In this document: positions 28,123 through 34,739 of the stretch, piece by piece
How positions within the stretch are numbered: position 1 is the stretch's first letter
Layout of the letters: each line of letters opens with the position of its first letter
Virus record (IMG/VR): IMGVR_UViG_3300033067_000720
Coordinates: 1-44,922 of that record
Length of the DNA stretch: 44,922 bases
Strand: one strand, 5' to 3'
DNA from: a virus
Lineage: Duplodnaviria; Caudoviricetes
The notes under the pieces: generated by a model
What the model was told of the DNA's origin: nothing
Database searches by the model: none
The model's input: the letters and a program-made list of their open reading frames with translations, nothing else
Position numbers and translations under genes: made by a program

Positions 28123-28799
28123 TAGCTGACTCCCGTCAGCAATAGCCCGGTACGTGCGGCAGCGGCACCTGCCGCTGCCTTAAAAGAAATTCCATGTGTC
28201 AGCCATCTTGCGGTCGCGCCCAAAGTCCATGACAGGCTAACTGACGCAGCACCAGGCGCAGTTGATGTATCTGCAGCGTCCGAGCCGCCGCTCCATGCTT
28301 CGTTTTCGATGCGGGATGTTTGCCCCCCGCCTGCCGTTACTGTGGCCGAAGGGTAGAAGCCACGCATCGAACCGACGACCAGCTCATTCGCCGCCGAGGT
28401 GATACTATTGGCGACTGGGTTCGTATCGTTGCCCTGCGACTCGACATCCGTTCCGACCGGAGTCGTCTGATCGACGCCGTTGAGCGAAACAACCTGAATC
28501 GCACACTCATCGACCGCCGCGCTGAACGTAACCGCATACGCCACCGAGGACGTAGAGGGCGCAAGGATGTAGTAGGTATTCATGAACCTGCTGCCATCCG
28601 CGTGCGATTGCGTGGACGTAGTGACAACGCCAGTGCTTGAGCCGTTCACGGTGACACCCGTCACTGTCTGACCAGCAGCGCCGTACCAAGATACGGTAAT
28701 CTTTGCGGCTCTATTGCTACCAGTAGAGGCAAGGTTTACCGACAGGCTTGAGACGCCTGCTCCGGTTGCTGCTGCTGCTGTATCGTATGCGACGGCCAT
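28122..28799 (-). CDS. Beta-rich virion accessory protein
   Basis: Ser/Thr/Ala-rich; LNGVDQTTPV; coupled to neighbours. Confidence 0.65.
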   Translation of the reverse strand: MAVAYDTAAAATGAGVSSLSVNLASTGSNRAAKITVSWYGAAGQTVTGVTVNGSSTGVVTTSTQSHADGSRFMNTYYILAPSTSSVAYAVTFSAAVDECAIQVVSLNGVDQTTPVGTDVESQGNDTNPVANSITSAANELVVGSMRGFYPSATVTAGGGQTSRIENEAWSGGSDAADTSTAPGAASVSLSWTLGATARWLTHGISFKAAAGAAAARTGLLLTGVS

Positions 28800-29884
28800 T
28801 AGCCTTGTCCTACCCTAGTGTAGCTAGTGCCATTCCCATACCAGAGATACTTCCCGGTTAGGTTGATTCCGTAAGGGATAAAAATGCTCACCTGCCCAGA
28901 TGACCAAGACGTGTGAGGACAATCAAACATCTGACGGGACGCGGCGAGCGTCGATGCGTCAGTGATGAAAAAGCGCTTCCACGCATTTGCGCCTGTCTGA
29001 AAAAGGAAATCCTTGACCAGATAGAACGTGGCCTTGGGAAGCGCAGCCCCTCGGTGCTGGTAGTACCCAAGGAAGTACATCTGGTTCCATGCAGCAGTAA
29101 CACCGCTGGAAAGCCACGCAGTCCGCAGGCCCGTTGAGGAATCCTGATACCGCTGGCTCGCATGGCAGGACTGGTGGAACGCATCGAACAGCGCGCCGAC
29201 TGATGCCGTCGTGTGCGGCTTGAATCCAGTCGAGCGAAACCCTTGGACGTTCGGGACGTTGTATCCGCCGTTGTACGGATCGTTTCCCGTATAGGCGTTG
29301 TCCGTGCCGCCGCCGCCCCATGAGATCGCCGTATCGCTTCCCGCGTTCGATCCTGTCCCGCGGTCCATGATGAGCAGGAGATCGTGGCCGGTTCCATCGA
29401 CCAATCCGCCGCGAGTCACCCAGATGCTCTTTTCGTTGAAGTCGGCCATCGATGCGCCAACTGCAGGGCCGTCCGTATAAACCTGATACGACACATAGAA
29501 CGTGTCGAAATCAGAAAGGCCACTCAGGTTAGACTGCCGCCAAGACCCATCTCCAACCGCCGCCAGCGACGTGGTGAGTAGGTTCATCCATGTATCGCCG
29601 TCCGGTCCGGTCTCATACGTCGGCGGGCTTGAGCCGGTGTTGGTGTCAGTCATCTGACTGAACGCACCAATCTGCTGTGTCGTTGGAACAGCGGCCCCTA
29701 CAGTCCCGCCCCTGAAGTTGCCGTAGACGGCAATATTCGGCCCGGTCCCTAGATCAGCCGCGCCGCGGTTGAATGTGAACGTCTGCCCGTTGGTGAATGA
29801 GCCAGATCCAGCGGACCAGCCTGAGTCGAAAGTGAACGAGTTCCCCCCAGAGACAGCCGAACTTCTGAGTACCAGTCTCCCCAT
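28799..29884 (-). CDS. Putative receptor/carbohydrate-binding virion protein
   Basis: Aromatic, Gly/Ser/Thr-rich beta protein within the accessory module. Confidence 0.5.
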   Translation of the reverse strand: MGRLVLRSSAVSGGNSFTFDSGWSAGSGSFTNGQTFTFNRGAADLGTGPNIAVYGNFRGGTVGAAVPTTQQIGAFSQMTDTNTGSSPPTYETGPDGDTWMNLLTTSLAAVGDGSWRQSNLSGLSDFDTFYVSYQVYTDGPAVGASMADFNEKSIWVTRGGLVDGTGHDLLLIMDRGTGSNAGSDTAISWGGGGTDNAYTGNDPYNGGYNVPNVQGFRSTGFKPHTTASVGALFDAFHQSCHASQRYQDSSTGLRTAWLSSGVTAAWNQMYFLGYYQHRGAALPKATFYLVKDFLFQTGANAWKRFFITDASTLAASRQMFDCPHTSWSSGQVSIFIPYGINLTGKYLWYGNGTSYTRVGQG

Positions 29885-31710
29885 TACTTGTAGCCGATTC
29901 CGATAACGTGTTCGCTGGCCGACACCGCCCCAGTGTCAGAGTTAGCAGCGCCCGTAGTCAGAGCCCACGCGATACCTGTCGTGAACTCGATACCAGGACC
30001 GAAGCTTAGAGCAATACCAGCTCCGGCTGTATTTCCTGGAATAGGAAGCACGAGGACTGGCGTGTCAGTACCTACCGTAGGAGCGGTGGCCTTGTTATAG
30101 AGCTTCAGGTAGCGCATCGCCGCGTTTACGTTGCTAGCGGTAATGAACCCGACCTGTCCGGCAGATCCCTTAAGGCTGGTTGCGTTAGTGCTGGCCGCGG
30201 ATACTGTGTGGCTAGGAGTCCAGCCACCTGCCGTGTGAGCGTACTGAGCAGTAACCTGCTTGCGGTCAAGCGTCATACGGCCAATACCGATGTCGCCTTC
30301 GTCCACCGAGTCGGTAGCTGTCTCGTCTGCTAGGAAGCCAGTAGGACTGACGCGCGACGTCGCTACTGTGAAAGCCGAGTCGTCCGCTAGCTCGTTTGTG
30401 TTTCTGACATATAGAGAACCGACAGAGTCCGAAGTGAACGGGACGTAGTCGCCGGTAGCGCTAGCAAGCGTAGCCTGGGTGTCCTGACGTACAGCCAGGA
30501 CCATCACACCTGTGTCACCGGAAGCGTGGGCAGCGTCTTCCGCCTTGCCCAGGTGAGCCGCCGACGTTCCCGGAGTTACAGATGTGCCAATGGTAGCTAG
30601 GTTGGTAACAGTAGCTAGGGTCTGCGCGGCGGCTAGGTTTACCGTACCAATGACCTTGGTAGTTTCCGCTGCAAGCGTGACCGTCTGTGCAGCAGTAGAG
30701 TCTAGGGCTACCCAAAGAGCGCCCCTCGCGTTAGTCCGGCCCTGAGTATAGTCGCCATCGACCGGAGTTAGTGTTGCTAGTGCATCGTCGCGTACAAGTA
30801 GGGCCAGAGTCCCTGTGTCCGTTGCGCCGGCTGCCGTGTCGACGGCGTACTGAGTCCCGCCTCCGCCACCGGAGACACGAAGAGAGCCGTCGGACGTTAC
30901 GCTAAGCGCAGCGAAATCGCCGTCTGCTGATACCCCGCTAGAAGCGGAGTCTCGGCGAACGGCAAGCATCATGATGCCTTCTTCCCCGCCTGCCGCTGCT
31001 GAATCTTCTGCGATGCCAGCAACTCCGCCAGAAGCTACCGCGACACGAACAGCGCCTCCTGTAGTCAGCGACAATGCGCCTGCATTACCGTTTGTGAGCG
31101 TAGGAGCGGACGTTTCGACAACGCCGGCAACCGGAGTTACAGATGTCGTAGCGCGAGTAAAGGCGGCAGCATCGGTTAGGGCTGTTCCGCCCGAACTAGA
31201 GCCTGCCTTAATGTTGACCTTCAGGTAGCCGTTGGCGTCAACCTGCAATGCAGAATAGTCCCCTGTGGCGCTGACCGATGAGGCGTCTGCGTCCTGGCGC
31301 ACCGCAAGAGCTAGAACACCGGTATCACCAGATACGTGAGCAGCATCTTCTGCCTTTCCTAGATTGGTCGCTCCTGTTCCAGGAACTACGCTAGTTACGT
31401 CGACGTCTCCGATGTCAACACCGGAGTTGGCCGCAAGCTTTCCGATAGCGTTTGTACCGGCAGGAAGAGCCGTGCCAACGTCTACAGTTAGGGATCCTCC
31501 GTTGTCATCTACAGACAGGACGCCAGTCGAATCACTCGCGACCGTAACGCGCAACGCTCCGGCTTCTGTACCGCCGCCAGAGGCCGCGTCTGCAGCAGAT
31601 CCGTCCGCACCGACGCTCAGCTTTACACGCTGATACTTGACTCCAGCGATGTCATCACTGGCGATGACGTCGCCACCAGAGCCAGCATTCAGGGTTGTGT
31701 TATCGGCCAT
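29884..31710 (-). CDS. Repeat-containing fibre-like structural protein (608 aa)
   Basis: ~48-aa internal repeats, e.g. GKAEDAAHxSGDTGVxxLAVRQD...GDY twice, plus degenerate copies. Confidence 0.7.
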   Translation of the reverse strand: MADNTTLNAGSGGDVIASDDIAGVKYQRVKLSVGADGSAADAASGGGTEAGALRVTVASDSTGVLSVDDNGGSLTVDVGTALPAGTNAIGKLAANSGVDIGDVDVTSVVPGTGATNLGKAEDAAHVSGDTGVLALAVRQDADASSVSATGDYSALQVDANGYLKVNIKAGSSSGGTALTDAAAFTRATTSVTPVAGVVETSAPTLTNGNAGALSLTTGGAVRVAVASGGVAGIAEDSAAAGGEEGIMMLAVRRDSASSGVSADGDFAALSVTSDGSLRVSGGGGGTQYAVDTAAGATDTGTLALLVRDDALATLTPVDGDYTQGRTNARGALWVALDSTAAQTVTLAAETTKVIGTVNLAAAQTLATVTNLATIGTSVTPGTSAAHLGKAEDAAHASGDTGVMVLAVRQDTQATLASATGDYVPFTSDSVGSLYVRNTNELADDSAFTVATSRVSPTGFLADETATDSVDEGDIGIGRMTLDRKQVTAQYAHTAGGWTPSHTVSAASTNATSLKGSAGQVGFITASNVNAAMRYLKLYNKATAPTVGTDTPVLVLPIPGNTAGAGIALSFGPGIEFTTGIAWALTTGAANSDTGAVSASEHVIGIGYK

Positions 31711-31747
31711 TTAGCGGTTCCTTGAGAGAAGAGGGGGATTGCGGCAG

Positions 31748-32113
31748 TTAGACTGCAACGATCGATTCGATCTGCACCGCGACGTCAGCGGAGCCGACGC
31801 GCAATGTGCGGAAATAGTCGTACGGATTTCCGTTGCCATCCAAAGGCACTGGCATGACCTTCTCCCCGCCAGGGAACAGGATGCTGGTAGTAGCGGCGGA
31901 GGCTGCTGCCATGCCTGTGTTGCCGAAGCGAAGCCAGATGGCGTCTGTGGCACGGACTTCGATTACTGCTGCTCCTGCAGGAAGCGCGGCTTCTGCAGCC
32001 GACGTAGCAGCCGCTGTGTTGTTGACGCGCGTTCCTGATCCGTAGACCAGTGGCATCGGTGCGCCGTTTGGGTAGTGAACAACCTTCGTCAGCTTGGACT
32101 GGCCTACTGGCAT
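31748..32113 (-). CDS. Hypothetical structural protein
   Basis: AGGA SD; first CDS after the tRNA array. Confidence 0.7.
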   Translation of the reverse strand: MPVGQSKLTKVVHYPNGAPMPLVYGSGTRVNNTAAATSAAEAALPAGAAVIEVRATDAIWLRFGNTGMAAASAATTSILFPGGEKVMPVPLDGNGNPYDYFRTLRVGSADVAVQIESIVAV

Positions 32114-32135
32114 GAGTTTTCCTGGAGGAGGGAGA

Positions 32136-32209
32136 TGGATGAGAGAGAAGGACTCGGACCTTCATCGCCGGGGTCAAAGGCCGGCATCCTGCCGTTAGAC
32201 GATCTCTCA
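32136..32209 (-). tRNA. tRNA-Gln(TTG)
   Basis: Cloverleaf; loop CTTTGAC; encoded CCA. Confidence 0.88.
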
Positions 32210-32215
32210 AGAATG

Positions 32216-32290
32216 TGGCTCCATCACTACGAATCGAACGTAGCTCGCAACCGTTAACAGCGGTGTCGCACGCCTTGTGCGTTTGATGGA
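32216..32290 (-). tRNA. tRNA-Asn(GTT)
   Basis: Loop CTGTTAA; T-loop TTCGATT; GCCA end. Confidence 0.92.
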
Positions 32291-32323
32291 ACATTCGTAA
32301 ATGTTCGCCAACGCGAACATGAA

Positions 32324-32399
32324 TGGTAGCGGGACTCGGAGTTGCACCGAGATTACCGGGTTATGAGCCCAGCTAGGAGCCTTTCCCTACCTGCCCGCT
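32324..32399 (-). tRNA. tRNA-Met(CAT), initiator-like
   Basis: GGG-CTCATAA-CCC anticodon arm; ACCA end. Confidence 0.85.
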
Positions 32400-32405
32400 A
32401 TTGAG

Positions 32406-32476
32406 TGGTACTCGATCACCGAATCGAACGGTGCCCTGCTGCCTTGTAAGAGCTGCATCCGCCCAGCGGATCGAGC
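32406..32476 (-). tRNA. tRNA-Val(TAC) with minimal D-arm
   Basis: 7-bp acceptor, loop CTTACAA, canonical T-arm, ACCA; D region reduced to CCGC-TGG-GCGG. Confidence 0.7.
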
Positions 32477-32563
32477 ATTAATCGGAGGAGTTGTACCGAC
32501 TGAGCGCTGATCCTCGTCTAATCGGTACAGTTGCGGAGAATAGAGAGTCTAATCTCCGCAGAT

Positions 32564-32651
32564 TGGCGGAAGGTTGTGAACTCGAATCACATGCCCCAGA
32601 GGGCACAGTTCGTTTAGCAAACGGCTGCCAGCCCTGCCGGCGTAACCTTCC
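32564..32651 (-). tRNA. tRNA-Ser(GCT)
   Basis: Loop TTGCTAA; long variable arm; GCCA. Confidence 0.9.
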
Positions 32652-32656
32652 ATGAT

Positions 32657-32730
32657 TGGAGCGGAATGGGAGAATCAAACTCCCTTTGGCTGCTTGGAAG
32701 GCAGCTGCACAATCAATATGCCAATCCCGC
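32657..32730 (-). tRNA. tRNA-Gly(TCC)
   Basis: GCGG...CCGC-TCCA acceptor; loop CTTCCAA. Confidence 0.92.
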
Positions 32731-32735
32731 GTGTG

Positions 32736-32812
32736 TGGTGCTCTCTGACTCGATTTGCACGGTCCATCTCCCGCTTACAAGGCGGGCGCATCGCTATCAA
32801 TGCTTAAAGAGC
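32736..32812 (-). tRNA. tRNA-Thr(TGT)
   Basis: CCCGC-CTTGTAA-GCGGG; ACCA; T-stem has a bulge. Confidence 0.85.
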
Positions 32813-32818
32813 ATGAAA

Positions 32819-32902
32819 TGGTACCCTGCCCAGGATTTGCACCCGGACGCCTCTCGGCGCTGCGTTCTAAGCGCAGTGTGTCTGCTGTTCCACCAGCAGG
32901 GT
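32819..32902 (-). tRNA. tRNA-Leu(TAG)
   Basis: CTGCG-CTTAGAA-CGCAG; variable arm; ACCA. Confidence 0.92.
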
Positions 32903-32910
32903 ATATTCGG

Positions 32911-32951
32911 GCCACCGTTTTGTTTATCGTCGGACGGGGCGAGGAACCGAC
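32911..32951 (-). ncRNA. preQ1-I-like pseudoknot element
   Basis: GTCGG-TTCCTCGCCCCGT-CCGAC-GATAAACAAAACGGTGGC: 5-bp P1, GGUUC junction, A-rich tail. Confidence 0.45.
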
Positions 32952-32966
32952 AGCTCTCAAGTTGTA

Positions 32967-33044
32967 TGGTACGGACTCCCGGGGTCGAACCGGGAAGCGC
33001 GGGGGTTTGAGCCCCGCAGGTTTGCCTATTTCCGTCAAGTCCGT
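32967..33044 (-). tRNA. tRNA-Leu(CAA) with short variable loop
   Basis: GCGGGG-CTCAAAC-CCCCGC; T-loop TTCGACC; ACCA. Confidence 0.85.
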
Positions 33045-33045
33045 A

Positions 33046-33073
33046 TGGACACGCACCACGGAGTCAAACCGTA
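33046..33073 (-). pseudogene. tRNA 3' remnant (T-arm, 3' acceptor strand, CCA)
   Basis: TACGG-TTTGACT-CCGTG-GTGCGTG-T-CCA with no 5' half. Confidence 0.6.
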
Positions 33074-33075
33074 TT

Positions 33076-33163
33076 TGGCGGAAGGATAGTCGAATCGAAC
33101 GCTATGCCCGTAGGACACGATCTGTTTTCAAGACAGTCCTGGACCCAGTCCAGTTAACCTTCC
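33076..33163 (-). tRNA. tRNA-Ser(TGA)
   Basis: Loop CTTGAAA; long variable arm; GCCA. Confidence 0.9.
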
Positions 33164-33209
33164 AAAAGGAGCAAGCTCCACTTGCGACGGTCGAGCCGTC
33201 GCGGCGAGA

Positions 33210-33283
33210 TGGTTGGCCTCCAGGGAATCGCACCCCGATCTCTGAGTTCAGAGCTCAACGTCTTGCTGTTAGACGAGAGGCCG
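33210..33283 (-). tRNA. tRNA-Gln(CTG)
   Basis: TGAG-CTCTGAA-CTCA; ACCA. Confidence 0.88.
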
Positions 33284-33298
33284 ATAGACGGGCGATTG

Positions 33299-33694
33299 TT
33301 AGATCGCCCTGTAATTCAGTTCCGGGACTGTGACGTCGCTGACGCCCCATCCCCGCTTGTTTGCGTACACCTTCCCTTCGGAGAAGTACGTCTGCAGCTG
33401 CTCAAGCGAAGAGACCAGGGTCCCGCCAGCGCCTTGCTCCATCTGGCGAGACGAAACTACAACAGGAACCTGTTCAATACCTAGCTGCTCCGCAGCCCAG
33501 AGGCGATTGTTGCCTCTCATGACCGAAAACCGCGAATCCTCGTGACCCCAGACTACCAAAGGCGTGTGTATGCCGTTCTCGGCAATGTCCTTCAGGAAGG
33601 GCGCGTGCCACGCTTGTCGTTGGATCGGATGTCCGCTGAGCAAGACCCGCGGGAATCTCTCGAAGTGAAACAGAAAGTAAGGCAGCTCTCGCAT
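33299..33694 (-). CDS. ParB/sulfiredoxin N-terminal-domain protein
   Basis: DIAENGIHTPLVV...VMRGNNRLWAAEQLGIEQVPVVV. Confidence 0.82.
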   Translation of the reverse strand: MRELPYFLFHFERFPRVLLSGHPIQRQAWHAPFLKDIAENGIHTPLVVWGHEDSRFSVMRGNNRLWAAEQLGIEQVPVVVSSRQMEQGAGGTLVSSLEQLQTYFSEGKVYANKRGWGVSDVTVPELNYRAI

Positions 33695-33725
33695 AGGCTA
33701 CAGGAGTGCTCCAATGAGGAAGCGG

Positions 33726-34094
33726 TCAACTCCGACCATCATCAGCGAGGGCTGTCTTAGCATCTGGCATCCCGTTACGGGCTTCATCACAAGCCCGTCT
33801 ATGAGTACGCTCTCGGTGGCAGTTGGCGCACACGAGATCGCACTTAGCTATCTCTTCCAGGATTGTCGCAACACTCCAGTGGGACTGGGCAACCCTAGCT
33901 AGGTTCTTCGTCTTTACCCCTCTTACGTGGTCAAAGTCCATCACGTACGGAGGATAAGACACCCCACAATCTGTACAGGGGAGGGCTTTTAGGCTGGTGA
34001 TTAGAGCCTTATTACGCGCCCGTCGGTCTTCCCATACCTGCGGGTTCTTTGCAGACCAGGCGCGATGGTAAGCCCGCCGAGCGTCTGCTGACAT
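33726..34094 (-). CDS. HNH endonuclease
   Basis: PCTDCG...MDFDHVRG...KCDLVCANCHRERT; start moved to MSADARR because the upstream part of the ORF overlaps tRNA-Trp. Confidence 0.88.
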   Translation of the reverse strand: MSADARRAYHRAWSAKNPQVWEDRRARNKALITSLKALPCTDCGVSYPPYVMDFDHVRGVKTKNLARVAQSHWSVATILEEIAKCDLVCANCHRERTHRRACDEARNGMPDAKTALADDGRS

Positions 34095-34102
34095 CGCCAA
34101 GC

Positions 34103-34173
34103 TGGCACCTCGTAATGGAATCGAACCACTATCAGCGGACTTTGGAGATCCATGTCCGGCCACCGGACGAGGC
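34103..34173 (-). tRNA. tRNA-Trp(CCA) with minimal D-arm
   Basis: Acceptor GCCTCGT/ACGAGGT; loop CTCCAAA; T-loop TTCGATT; GCCA; D region CCGG-TGG-CCGG. Confidence 0.75.
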
Positions 34174-34181
34174 ACTATCCT

Positions 34182-34256
34182 TGGGGTGAGGCGTAGGACT
34201 CGAACCTACTCCGCAGGGGTCACATCCCAACGTGCTGCCGTTAACACCAGCCCCAC
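34182..34256 (-). tRNA. tRNA-His(GTG)
   Basis: Loop ATGTGAC; C73 discriminator; CCA. Confidence 0.9.
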
Positions 34257-34262
34257 AGAAAT

Positions 34263-34416
34263 TGGTGCAGAGGGAAGGATTTGAACCTCCACGGACGACG
34301 CAACCTTTGGTTGCTAGTTGCGCCTGAAGGCGCTTCCTAGCCGACCTGCGGGGTATAGGCTGATTGTTAGATCAGCCGGCTGCAGCCGCGTGCCCTTCCT
34401 AGTGGGCGTCCTCTAC
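34263..34416 (-). ncRNA. 154-nt tRNA-like RNA with enlarged middle domain
   Basis: Acceptor GTAGAGG/CCTCTGC-A-CCA; D-arm GCCC-ACTAGGAA-GGGC; T-arm GGAGG-TTCAAAT-CCTTC; ~100-nt multi-hairpin insert. Confidence 0.7.
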
Positions 34417-34698
34417 GTTCGGTCTGCGGCATGACTTCGTCTGCCGCGGGATTCAATGCGTGCTTCCGCGTATCGCGGGATTCTGACTCTTCGCAGGAGA
34501 CCGCAGTCGACTGCGATCGGGTTCCTGGCTCTTCGCAGCGTGCTGGAAGCGAAAGCTGCGATTCCTGGTTCCCCCTCTAAGAGCGACTGAGGACTTCCTT
34601 AACGGAAGTCCGAAGGAGCGAGAGCGGATCGGCTTCCTTTGGCTTCGCCAGAAGCCGAAGAGGCTCAACCCCCCCAAACCCCCCCTTTTTACGAGGCT

Positions 34699-34739
34699 CT
34701 TACTAGAAGTGTCTTGCATTTTCTGGTCGTTGTCACAAG
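34699..34739 (-). promoter_or_regulatory. Putative phage-sigma promoter P3 (tRNA/late operon)
   Basis: CTTGTGAC-N17-AGACACTTCTAGTAAG on the minus strand; same spacing as P1 and P2. Confidence 0.7.

Noticed and set aside
32911-32966. HDV-like/theta ribozyme after tRNA-Leu(CAA), suggested by TTCCTCGC
   Set aside because: No P1 partner or nested double pseudoknot could be built; the preQ1-I-like fold fits better.
32478-33333. ORF-track proteins overlapping the tRNA array
   Set aside because: They are shadows of tRNA genes with no protein motifs.
34263-34416. tmRNA, intron-containing tRNA or plain tRNA-Cys(GCA)
   Set aside because: No G3.U70 or tag ORF; too short for a self-splicing intron; the stem around CTGCAAG has only 3 pairs; the discriminator is A, not U.
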